Origin: a virus | Reading direction: 5' to 3' (one strand) | DNA: 64,000 nucleotides | Virus record (IMG/VR): IMGVR_UViG_3300036770_002724 | Location: 64,001-128,000 of that record | Program-made: the position numbers and the translations under genes | Part shown: positions 53,334 to 61,587 of the stretch, piece by piece | How positions within the stretch are numbered: the first letter of the stretch is position 1 | Layout of the letters: each line of letters starts with the position of its first letter | The notes under the pieces: model-generated | Database searches by the model: none | What the model saw: the letters and a program-made list of their open reading frames with translations, nothing else | What the model was told of the DNA's origin: nothing

Positions 53334-53999
53334 TCACTCTCTCCCAAGGGAACCGTCCAGCACCCGCCTCACCATCTCCGTCACCCGGTCGATCTCCGAC
53401 TGCCCGTCCAGGATGACGGGTTTGCAGTCTGGGTGAAGAAAAGCCCCCAACCGGGCGTCGTCGAGCAAATTGAGATACCTCTGACGGACCCTCTCCAGGA
53501 TGTCCCGTTGCTCGTAGACCTCGACGTTCGTCCGCAGGTCGATTCGCTCTGCACTTGTCTTGGGGTCTACATCAAGGACGACCAGGTGCGTCGGTTGAAC
53601 GGGGAGCTTCGTGTGCAGCGCGTAGAGCCAGTCAAGGGGCCATTGTTCTTGCTGGTACACAAGGGTCGAGAGGAACGACCGGCAAGAAATGACCGGGCGC
53701 CCCTCCGCGAGCGCAGGCAGGATGACCTCGTGCTGAAGCGCCAGACGGTTTGCAAGAAAAAGGGCTGCGTGGCTCTCGGGATGCCCGCCCGTTTTCAGTA
53801 GCTTGCGAAGAAGCTGGCCGAACGGGTTTTTCTCGTAGGGCTCCTCGACGCGAAGTACGTCGTAGCCTTCCCCGCGCAAGAGCCCGGACAGGCGATACGA
53901 CTGCGTGGACTTCCCAGAACCGTCCGGGCCTTCGATCACAATGTAGACAGGTTTTGAGGTTCGACGGGACACGGCGAACCGTACCCCGTCGGACCTCAA
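53334..53999 (-). CDS. tmk: Thymidylate kinase
   Basis: IVIEGPDGSGKST P-loop, EEP, ALFLANR, ISCRSFLSTLVYQ, VVLDVDP. Confidence 0.9.
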   Translation of the reverse strand: MRSDGVRFAVSRRTSKPVYIVIEGPDGSGKSTQSYRLSGLLRGEGYDVLRVEEPYEKNPFGQLLRKLLKTGGHPESHAALFLANRLALQHEVILPALAEGRPVISCRSFLSTLVYQQEQWPLDWLYALHTKLPVQPTHLVVLDVDPKTSAERIDLRTNVEVYEQRDILERVRQRYLNLLDDARLGAFLHPDCKPVILDGQSEIDRVTEMVRRVLDGSLGRE

Positions 54000-54005
54000 A
54001 AGTCC

Positions 54006-54359
54006 TCAGTTGGGGATCCCAGCAGGGGTCGGGCGCAAGCGCCACACGCGGGCATACTGCGCGACGAAGCCCGCAGGGACATCGACGCCCAGATCGTCGA
54101 ACAGCCCCGTTGCGAGGATGCGCTGGAGGCAATCCTCGTAGTTGTGGGACCGGACGAAAAAGCACCCCTCGGGCAAGGGCTCATCCGGCAGGTTGACGGT
54201 GAGCATCATGTCCGGTTCCCACCAGACTTCACCGTCTTCCCGCACCTCGACCTCCAATCCCAGGGCAGGACGCCCGTTGGGATAGGCCCCCGTGGTGAAC
54301 CGGCGAACACCCTGCTCGCCGGGGATCTGGACCTCTCGGCCCTTCAGGGACTCAAACAT
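54006..54359 (-). CDS. DUF4313-like protein
   Basis: YPNGRPALGL...EPDMMLTVNL...FFVR...LATGLF...AGF pattern recalled for DUF4313; not verified by search. Confidence 0.6.
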   Translation of the reverse strand: MFESLKGREVQIPGEQGVRRFTTGAYPNGRPALGLEVEVREDGEVWWEPDMMLTVNLPDEPLPEGCFFVRSHNYEDCLQRILATGLFDDLGVDVPAGFVAQYARVWRLRPTPAGIPN

Positions 54360-54508
54360 CACACCCCCTCCTTGGGCCGGACGACCAGCCAATGATGCCC
54401 GTCCACGACTTCGTGGACGACCGTGAAACGGGGCGCCACAGGCGCCTCGTCGCAGTCGGGCTCCATCGCGAGGAGCTGGACTGCGGTGAAGTCGATCTCG
54501 TTGCTCAT
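54359..54508 (-). CDS. 49-aa hypothetical protein directly after promoter copy D
   Basis: ATG 54508 lies 4 nt after the TAGGAT box; stop overlaps the next gene. Confidence 0.55.
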   Translation of the reverse strand: MSNEIDFTAVQLLAMEPDCDEAPVAPRFTVVHEVVDGHHWLVVRPKEGV

Positions 54509-54512
54509 GTCT

Positions 54513-54546
54513 ATCCTATCCGCGACCCGACCCCTTTTAGCCACAA
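54513..54546 (-). promoter_or_regulatory. Promoter-like motif TTGTGGCTAAA-N17-TAGGAT (copy D)
   Basis: Divergent partner of copy C. Confidence 0.75.
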
Positions 54547-54571
54547 TCGGAAAAGGTCGCCCCTTGTCGTT

Positions 54572-54605
54572 TTGTGGCTAAACCGAGGTCGGTCGAGAGT
54601 AGCTA
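54572..54605 (+). promoter_or_regulatory. Promoter-like motif TTGTGGCTAAA-N17-TAGCTA (copy C)
   Basis: Exact consensus, 7 nt upstream of ATG 54613. Confidence 0.8.
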
Positions 54606-54612
54606 AGGGGAG

Positions 54613-54960
54613 ATGAACATCATCAACCTCACTCCCCACCCCATCAACCTCCGAGCCGCCGACGGCTCGGACACCATCATCCCCGCTTCGGGGACCGTCG
54701 CCCGGGTGACCTCGACCCCGGGCACCGCGACCTCGGTCGCGGGCGTGCCTGTCCCGGTCTATGGCCGGGACTCCTATGGGGAGGTCACCGGCCTCCCCGC
54801 CCCCTCCGAGGGGACCTTCCTGATCGTCTCCGCCCTCGTGGGCGGGGCGGTCGCCGGGACTCGGGACGATGTCCTGGTCCCGGGCACTGGCCCCGCCGAC
54901 GGGGCCATCCGCGATGATGCGGGTCGCATCATCGCCGTGACCCGCCTCAAGCGGGTCTGA
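54613..54960 (+). CDS. Conserved small phage protein (NLTPH motif)
   Basis: MNIINLTPHPI...IPASG.VARV...LP...GTFLIVS...RDD.GRI; pattern recalled from many phage hypotheticals. Confidence 0.75.
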   Translation: MNIINLTPHPINLRAADGSDTIIPASGTVARVTSTPGTATSVAGVPVPVYGRDSYGEVTGLPAPSEGTFLIVSALVGGAVAGTRDDVLVPGTGPADGAIRDDAGRIIAVTRLKRV

Positions 54961-55015
54961 CCCGGCATCCCCATGCAGCCTCCCCCGCCTGCATGGGGAT
55001 CAAACGGAACCCCCC

Positions 55016-55501
55016 ATGAACATCTTTCACGTTGACCGAAGCCCTGTGGTCGCGGCTCAAGCTCTGTGCGACGTCCACGTCGTCAAGATGGTGGTCGAAA
55101 GCGCCCAACTCCTTTCGACCGCCCAGCACACGTTCGGGCTCGCCGCTCCCTACAAGCCGACGCATCGGAAGCATCCCTGCGCGCTATGGGTTCAGGAAGG
55201 GGTCGAAAACTACCTCTGGCTCCTCGACCATCTCAAAGCCCTGTGCGTTGAATACACGGCGCGCTACAAGCGCAAGCACTCCACGGAGCGTCACCTGTGG
55301 GACTTGATGCACGTCCCTACTGACATCCCAATCCGGTGGACATCCCCACCTCAAGCGATGCCCGATCAGTTCAAGCACCATGACCCCGTTCAGGCGTACC
55401 GAGCCTACTACCGCCACAAGGCAAAGACCCTGCCCCGTTTCAGCTACAAGGGACGCCAGCCGCCCGCTTGGCTCTCCGAGGTTCCGGATGCGACCAGATG
55501 A
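55016..55501 (+). CDS. Pyrimidine-dimer DNA glycosylase (T4 endonuclease V-related family)
   Basis: MNIF...AAQALCDVHVVKMVVESAQLLST...YKPTHRKHPC..W...NYLWL...EYTARY.R.H...PPQAMPD. Confidence 0.8.
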   Translation: MNIFHVDRSPVVAAQALCDVHVVKMVVESAQLLSTAQHTFGLAAPYKPTHRKHPCALWVQEGVENYLWLLDHLKALCVEYTARYKRKHSTERHLWDLMHVPTDIPIRWTSPPQAMPDQFKHHDPVQAYRAYYRHKAKTLPRFSYKGRQPPAWLSEVPDATR

Positions 55502-55745
55502 GCGCCAGTCGGGTTCGAGGGTCCGGGTCGTCCAACTGCTCTCGACGCAGGGACTCCTGGTCGAGCCTGCCTATCTGGACCAACGCCGATCAGGGGCCGA
55601 GGGCGTCCTGGTTCGGGCGCTCCGAGGCAACGCCGACTTCTGGTGGGTTCGACATCCTGACGGGTCGATGGCCCCCTACTCCTATCTGGAGGTCCAGCCC
55701 CTTGAGCCCCTGGTCTCCGAGGGCTGGGAAGACTCGCCCCTGTAG
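55488..55745 (+). CDS. Small SH3-like hypothetical protein
   Basis: ATG 55488 with GAGG; GSRVRVV...GVLV...WWVRH pattern. Confidence 0.5.
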   Translation: MRPDERQSGSRVRVVQLLSTQGLLVEPAYLDQRRSGAEGVLVRALRGNADFWWVRHPDGSMAPYSYLEVQPLEPLVSEGWEDSPL

Positions 55746-55803
55746 ACGACGCGGGTATCTTTCATCCTGTGAACCGTTACGACGGTAAACACAGGGCAGC
55801 TAG

Positions 55804-58800
55804 ATGAAGACCGCCGTTTTCTTTGTCGCCACGACGTACCGGCCCACGCTTCTTCGACAATCCTTGAAGCGGCTCACGAGGCAACGGGGCGTCCCTTCCG
55901 ATTGGAGGATCGAGGTCCATGTCGCTGGCGAGCCCGGAGATCCAGGAAAGGGGGTCGTATCGAATCACCCAGGGACTTTCTACCACGATGTCGGTAGCAG
56001 GTCGGTCACGGACAAGCTCAACTCGCTTCTGGTAGCCACCAAAAGCGATCTGGTGATGCTCGCGGACGATGACGACATCCAGTCATGGGATCGAGCGGCA
56101 GAAGCTATCAAAGCCTACGAGAACGGAGCGGAGTGGTCCTGTTCGGGGACGTGTCTCTACTACGATCTTCACCACGATCTGTTGACCCGGTGGACCGGGG
56201 TGTCCGCCGAAGGGCTCATCGGGACGATGGCTTCTTTCGCGACCCCCTTGCTCCAGGCGGTTCGCGGATGGCCCTCGGTGTCTCGCGGCAAGGACGGTCG
56301 GTTGGTAGCCCGGATACGGTCGCTCCGGCGTCCTGTTCGGTTCGCGGATTTGACGGTGGCTCTAGGCAACAAGACGATCTGCCTCCAACACGATAAGAAT
56401 CTTTGGAACCGCCCCCTTGTCCCTCAAGGGGCAACGGATCGTCGAGGTCGTCATGCTATCCTGGGCTTGGGGGGAATCGCGAGCAACGTCGCCCTTCTGG
56501 GGGAGGACACCGTAAGTCTCTTGACTGAAACGGCGGGAGAACTCAGGTCCAGAAAAGCCGAAAGCTCTTCCCTCCCGCCGCCTTCTCCATCCCAGCCTCC
56601 CCCTCCTATTCCGGCGAGGATTTCTGCCTATCTACCGAAGGCTCCTGCTCCGTTCCAGGCTCCGGCTCCTCCCTTGTCACCCGCTGTTCTGGAACGACCC
56701 CCGCGACCCGCACACCCGAAAGAAAGCCTTGGAACCGTTTGCGACGTACACGTCGCCATAACGACCTACAATCGTCCGGGTCCGCTTGCGGATCTTCTGA
56801 AGGACCTTGTTCGGGAGCGCGGGGATCGAAAGGTCCACGTCGTCATCTACGACGATGGAAGCGATCAGGATTACAGCGAAGTGCGCGCTTTCGCTATTTC
56901 CCAAGGGTGGTTGTTCCGTAGGTCGGATTCCAATCGGGGCAAGAAAGGCTACTACAGGACGGTGTCCGAGGCTCTGAAGGAAGCAGAGCGGAGTCAGACA
57001 GATCGCTTCCTGTTCATACAGGACGATATGCGCTTGTGTGCCGATTTCTTTAGTCGGGTCTTTGACTTGTGGGACCAGATCCAAGACCCCAAAAAAGTCT
57101 CGCTCTATCTTCTCAGGGACAGTAACAGGTCCGAGATCGGGACCGTCTGCTGGACTGGGTTTCGGTCCCGGGTCGAAGGTCCCGTCGAACGAACCCAATG
57201 GGTAGACTGCAACGCTTTCCTTTTCAACCGGGACTTCTTGGATGTCCTGGGCGCGGAGCTTCGACCCATACCGGAAAGCCGTTGGCTCAAAGGCGACGTC
57301 TTGTCCTCGGGTGTCGGCCAACAACTCAGCCTTCGTCTTCACCACGCCGGGAGGGGGCTCTACCGGAGTCTCTTGTCCTACGTCTCTCATTCCGAGGGTC
57401 CGTCTAGGATGAACCCGAAGATCCGAAAGAGGGTTCCGATGACGACAGAGTCCTTCGCAGACGAGAAAGTTGTTCAGAAGGCCCGCTACTCGGATAAAGT
57501 TACGGCCCCGGCCCTACCGGAAGCTGGACGAAAGTCGCTTCCTTCCGCCCAGACTGTCTCGGTCTTGATTGCCGCCTACAGGGCCGACAAGTGGCTGATC
57601 GAATCCGTGAATAGCGTTCTGAGCCAAGAACTTCCTCCTGGCTGGAATCTGGAAGTCCTCGTAGGGGTGGACGGTTGCCCGGAGACGCTCGCCGTCGCTC
57701 AGACTATTGAGGACAGGCGGTTTGGCGTGGTTTCCTTCCCGGTAAATAGCGGGACTTACGTCACCTTCAACTCCCTCGTTCCCTTGTCCAGAGGCTCTAT
57801 TCTTGTACGTCACGATGCGGATGACGTGATGCTTCCGACGCGCCTGCACAAGATGATCAGAGCGTTCGAGGACCCGGAGGTGGGCCGCGTAACGACGTGG
57901 GTCGCGGAAAAAAATGTATACCCTGAGCCTCTTATAGAGTCCCCCTCTAAGGGCCGCAAAATACGCGACGGAACGTGGTCTTACCGTCGAGATGTCTTTG
58001 AGAATCTTCTCGGAGGTTTCCTACCTTGGAGGTGTGCGGCAGACACGGAAATGGATCTCAGGTCTCGTTCTTTGGGGGTCAAGTCGCACATAGTGTGTGA
58101 ATACTTATATCTTCGACGTTCGCATCCCGGCCAACTCACTCAGACTGAAGAAACGGGCTACGGAAGCGCCCTTCGGAAAGACTACGCGAAGCGTATAGAC
58201 GAATTGATAATAGAATACGCGGCGAATAAGCCTAAGCCCGTCGTCCCCACCAGAGTTGAGGGGGTCAGGCTTGGGGGCTTGTTCTCCGACAAGATCACAG
58301 CCTCGATGGCTTCGATCCCCGGTCGTCGCGAAGGGCTTGAAAAGGTTGTCCGAAGCCTGCTCCCGCAGGTCGATCACCTGAACGTCTACCTGAATGAGAC
58401 CCCTTCGATTCCGGGGATTGAGTATCCGCACACCCCGGATTTCTTGAGACACCCTAAGATCACGGCGATCTGGTCACGGGATACGCCGTTCGGAGATAGA
58501 GGGGATGCCGGGAAGTTCTACTGGGCGGATGAGGTCCAGGGTTACCACGTCATCTGCGACGACGACCTCCTATACCCTTCAGACTTCGTTGAGACGTTGA
58601 TCGCGGGTGTCGAAAGGTACGGTCGAAAGGCTGCGGTCGGGTTCCACGGGGCCGTGCTTACCGAACCTTTCACCGAATACTACAGGTCGCGCCGGGTTTA
58701 CCACTTTCAGCGATCCCTCGACGCCGACGCTCCCGTTCACGTCCTCGGGTCAGGCACGCTCGCCTACCATACAAGCGCGCTCGTCTTGACGCGAGAGGAC

Positions 58801-59718
58801 TTCAGAACGGCGAACATGGCTGACATCTGGTTTGGCTTGAAAGCCCAGCGAGAAGAGGTTCTTCTAGTCTGTCTGGCCCACAAAGAAGGGTGGTTGACGG
58901 ACGATTCGTCCACAAGGACGGATTCGATCTACGCGCACTCAATCAAGAAGGCTCAGACTCAAAAGAACACGGCGGATCTACAGACGAAGGTAGTCAAAGA
59001 GTCTTGGCCTTGGACGCTCCCAGTAGACAGGAAGGGAGGGGCCGTCTGCAAATCCGATCCTTCGGTACTTGAGGTCAAAGGACCGACTCGGACTGCTAGG
59101 ATCTCGGTCGAGTCTGGAGACCATACCCACAAGTTCATCTGCGCTACAGGGACCTACTACGAGTTCGACCTTCTTCATGCCGTTCGAGACCTGAAGATAG
59201 AAGGGCTCTATGTTGACGTTGGGGCTAATACGGGGAACCATACGACGTTCTTCCGTCTGGAGTGCCCTTCGACTCGGGTGGTAGCTATCGAGCCCGACTC
59301 GGAAAACCTGGCCCATCTTTACAGGACGATCCGTCTGAACGACCTCGAAGAGTCCGTGGACGTGCGACCTGTCGCGATCCACCCGACGCTTTCTCGCGTT
59401 TCGATGGTCCAAGGTATCCCGAAAAACAAAGGGACCATGCGAATCGAAGGCGAGGGGGACATCGAGGCTCAGACCTTGGATCGTTGCCTGGAAGGTCTTG
59501 AACCCGCCTTGATCAAGATCGACGTCGAGGGCTTGCCCCTAGAAGTGCTTCGCTCTGGGAGGAGTATCGTCGAGCGTTGCCTTCCCGTGATTGTCTGCGA
59601 AGCCAATGATCACGAGGCTTCCTCGATAGACGCTTTCCTCGGTGATTTGGGGTACGAAAGAAACCCCAAGCGGTACTGCGCCACCGCGACTTGGATATGG
59701 CAGGCGAAGACCGGGTGA
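55804..59718 (+). CDS. Multidomain protein: four GT-A/GT2-type glycosyltransferase domains plus a C-terminal FkbM-type methyltransferase
   Basis: DxD-type motifs LADDDD, IQDDMR, HDADD and CDDDL each follow a Rossmann-like start (FFVATTYRP, VAITTYNRP, VLIAAYRA, SMASIPGR); C-terminal YVDVGANTG...VAIEP...LIKIDVEG. Confidence 0.85.
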   Translation: MKTAVFFVATTYRPTLLRQSLKRLTRQRGVPSDWRIEVHVAGEPGDPGKGVVSNHPGTFYHDVGSRSVTDKLNSLLVATKSDLVMLADDDDIQSWDRAAEAIKAYENGAEWSCSGTCLYYDLHHDLLTRWTGVSAEGLIGTMASFATPLLQAVRGWPSVSRGKDGRLVARIRSLRRPVRFADLTVALGNKTICLQHDKNLWNRPLVPQGATDRRGRHAILGLGGIASNVALLGEDTVSLLTETAGELRSRKAESSSLPPPSPSQPPPPIPARISAYLPKAPAPFQAPAPPLSPAVLERPPRPAHPKESLGTVCDVHVAITTYNRPGPLADLLKDLVRERGDRKVHVVIYDDGSDQDYSEVRAFAISQGWLFRRSDSNRGKKGYYRTVSEALKEAERSQTDRFLFIQDDMRLCADFFSRVFDLWDQIQDPKKVSLYLLRDSNRSEIGTVCWTGFRSRVEGPVERTQWVDCNAFLFNRDFLDVLGAELRPIPESRWLKGDVLSSGVGQQLSLRLHHAGRGLYRSLLSYVSHSEGPSRMNPKIRKRVPMTTESFADEKVVQKARYSDKVTAPALPEAGRKSLPSAQTVSVLIAAYRADKWLIESVNSVLSQELPPGWNLEVLVGVDGCPETLAVAQTIEDRRFGVVSFPVNSGTYVTFNSLVPLSRGSILVRHDADDVMLPTRLHKMIRAFEDPEVGRVTTWVAEKNVYPEPLIESPSKGRKIRDGTWSYRRDVFENLLGGFLPWRCAADTEMDLRSRSLGVKSHIVCEYLYLRRSHPGQLTQTEETGYGSALRKDYAKRIDELIIEYAANKPKPVVPTRVEGVRLGGLFSDKITASMASIPGRREGLEKVVRSLLPQVDHLNVYLNETPSIPGIEYPHTPDFLRHPKITAIWSRDTPFGDRGDAGKFYWADEVQGYHVICDDDLLYPSDFVETLIAGVERYGRKAAVGFHGAVLTEPFTEYYRSRRVYHFQRSLDADAPVHVLGSGTLAYHTSALVLTREDFRTANMADIWFGLKAQREEVLLVCLAHKEGWLTDDSSTRTDSIYAHSIKKAQTQKNTADLQTKVVKESWPWTLPVDRKGGAVCKSDPSVLEVKGPTRTARISVESGDHTHKFICATGTYYEFDLLHAVRDLKIEGLYVDVGANTGNHTTFFRLECPSTRVVAIEPDSENLAHLYRTIRLNDLEESVDVRPVAIHPTLSRVSMVQGIPKNKGTMRIEGEGDIEAQTLDRCLEGLEPALIKIDVEGLPLEVLRSGRSIVERCLPVIVCEANDHEASSIDAFLGDLGYERNPKRYCATATWIWQAKTG

Positions 59719-59773
59719 GGATCGAGGAGGCGGGTCGGAGACTTCGCGATTTTCTTTATAGCCAAAGATAGAG

Positions 59774-60079
59774 GTGAGCAACCTTATCAGGCGCATCGCT
59801 TCGCGCTACATCCGAGCCGCCCGTTTCCGACGCGGGGATCTCGCGACTTACAAGGGTAAGACCTATCGGATCGGCTTCGCTGGTCCGACGAAGTTCGGGG
59901 ATCGGGCGAAGCTCGTGTTCCTCGACGGAAGCAAAGAGTTCTGGGTCGATCTTAGTCTCGTCTCTCCCGCAGAGGAGAGCGAGGAGCGCGTCTCCTGGGA
60001 GGAAGCCCAGCTTCTCGACGAAGACATGGGAATCTACCGGCCCGATAGCTACTACCGCAGCCGTTACCGCCGGGGCTGA
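59774..60079 (+). CDS. Small SH3-like protein with N-terminal RRIASRY motif
   Basis: MSNLIRRIASRYIRAARFRRGDLATYKG... Confidence 0.65.
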   Translation: MSNLIRRIASRYIRAARFRRGDLATYKGKTYRIGFAGPTKFGDRAKLVFLDGSKEFWVDLSLVSPAEESEERVSWEEAQLLDEDMGIYRPDSYYRSRYRRG

Positions 60080-60089
60080 TCCGACTTGA

Positions 60090-60455
60090 TCAGGCGTCGT
60101 AAGCGCCCTTCAGAAGCGCGATCTCCGTTCGGGCCTCTACCAAGGCTTTCTCGGCTTGTTCAGCCCGCCGCTTCCAGTCATCCGCGTCCACAGGGCTTGG
60201 TTCCGCACCCAGAAGGAAGGTCGCGAACCCTGGGGTATACTCCCCAACGTAGGCCCCTTGCTTGTTGGACGAGAAGTAGTCCTCGGCTTCTTCGTAAGAC
60301 ATGCCCTCATCAATGAGGATGCGGATGCACTTGTCCCGGTCGTACAAGGCCACGACGCTGGTGAACACCTCAACGTAACCGACCAAAGCCTCATCAAACC
60401 CGTCTGCGAACATTAGGTCCGGATGGATCTCTGCTAGGCGTTCTTTTCTGTTCAT
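60090..60455 (-). CDS. Conserved phage hypothetical protein
   Basis: DGFDEALVG...YDRDKC..IL...MSYEEAEDYF..N.QGAYVG..TP pattern; GGAGG RBS. Confidence 0.7.
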   Translation of the reverse strand: MNRKERLAEIHPDLMFADGFDEALVGYVEVFTSVVALYDRDKCIRILIDEGMSYEEAEDYFSSNKQGAYVGEYTPGFATFLLGAEPSPVDADDWKRRAEQAEKALVEARTEIALLKGAYDA

Positions 60456-60877
60456 GGTTCCTCCTCCCCGTCCAGGAGGCTCACGGGAGTCTCGGGTGTC
60501 TTGAGGTAGGTGCAGGCCATTGTGATAGCCTGCACGACTCCCATGAGGCTCTGACGGACCCGCTCTAGTTCCGCTCGAAGCTCCGGCATATCCCCTGTTG
60601 CCAGGGACCTGACGACCCGGGGCTGTTGCTTCATGTCATCCGAGGGGTACTCCATGAGCATGAAGACAGCATCCCCAGATTTCTCAATCTCGTTCATCGC
60701 CTCCAGCGTGACCGAGACGTTGACCTTGTAGCGCCATACTTGGACTTCGTAGCAGACTCCGCCAATGCGGTCCCACTTCTTCAGTCGCGACCCGGGAAAC
60801 AAGTCATTGAGCGCGACCTCTACGGCGTTGGGTCGGACCTTGATTTTCACCGGCTCCAACGGATCCAAGGTGTCCAT
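60452..60877 (-). CDS. Hypothetical protein
   Basis: From ATG 60877 with GGGGG RBS; stop overlaps the next start. Confidence 0.55.
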   Translation of the reverse strand: MDTLDPLEPVKIKVRPNAVEVALNDLFPGSRLKKWDRIGGVCYEVQVWRYKVNVSVTLEAMNEIEKSGDAVFMLMEYPSDDMKQQPRVVRSLATGDMPELRAELERVRQSLMGVVQAITMACTYLKTPETPVSLLDGEEEP

Positions 60878-60885
60878 TTCGCCCC

Positions 60886-61146
60886 CTACCCAGAGATCAT
60901 GCTGAAGACCAAGACAAGAAGCCCTGCAAAGAGCAGTAGCCCGCCTAGTCCTGAAGTCACAAGGGCGCGGATGATCTTCTGATCTTCCGCATCTTCGTCG
61001 ATGATCGGGTCGTTCCAAGACCGGAGGTGACTCATGGATCCCCTCCGGTTCGGTCGCTTCCGGTACACGGACGCTAGCTCGGATGCGATCACCGCGATGA
61101 CCAAAGTCAGTCCGAAGACTGAGAGGAGAAGCCCCAAGATGATCAT
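60886..61146 (-). CDS. Small two-TM membrane protein
   Basis: Hydrophobic N- and C-terminal helices; ATGA overlap with the LuxR-type gene. Confidence 0.5.
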   Translation of the reverse strand: MIILGLLLSVFGLTLVIAVIASELASVYRKRPNRRGSMSHLRSWNDPIIDEDAEDQKIIRALVTSGLGGLLLFAGLLVLVFSMISG

Positions 61147-61445
61147 GTCGTCTGGCGGGTGGCCAACTCGGTTGTCAGTTCTTCCGTCGAATAGAAGCTC
61201 AGAGGCGTGCGAAACATCCCCCTCTGGAACGAGAGGACGATAGCCTGGGGCGCGTTCACGGCACCCAGCTTCTCAAAGATCCGCGCGCGGTGTGCTTCGA
61301 CGGTCTTGACCGAGATCGACATCTTCTGTGCGATCTGGCTGTTTGTTTCACCCCCGGCGAGGCTCAAGAGAACCTCGGTTTCCCGAGGGCTCAAGTCTCG
61401 ACCCAAGAGCTTCTTTCGATCTGACGGCAACTCGACTTCGTTCAT
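61143..61445 (-). CDS. Stand-alone LuxR/GerE-type HTH regulator
   Basis: LSPRETEVL..LAGGETNSQIAQKMSISVKTVEAHRARIFEKLG; start ATG 61445. Confidence 0.85.
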   Translation of the reverse strand: MNEVELPSDRKKLLGRDLSPRETEVLLSLAGGETNSQIAQKMSISVKTVEAHRARIFEKLGAVNAPQAIVLSFQRGMFRTPLSFYSTEELTTELATRQTT

Positions 61446-61548
61446 GTCTTTTTTACTCCGTAGGCAGGAAACCATACCCGCCGCCGCTTTTCTACTCGAT
61501 CCAGGGCTTCTTTCAACCGTCCGGCCTGTCTTCGTTGGGCTTTTACGA

Positions 61549-61582
61549 TTGTGGCTAAACTGAGGTCCGATTGGAGTAGCTA
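61549..61582 (+). promoter_or_regulatory. Promoter-like motif TTGTGGCTAAA-N17-TAGCTA (copy E)
   Basis: Exact consensus, 5 nt upstream of the ligase ATG. Confidence 0.8.
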
Positions 61583-61587
61583 GGGAT

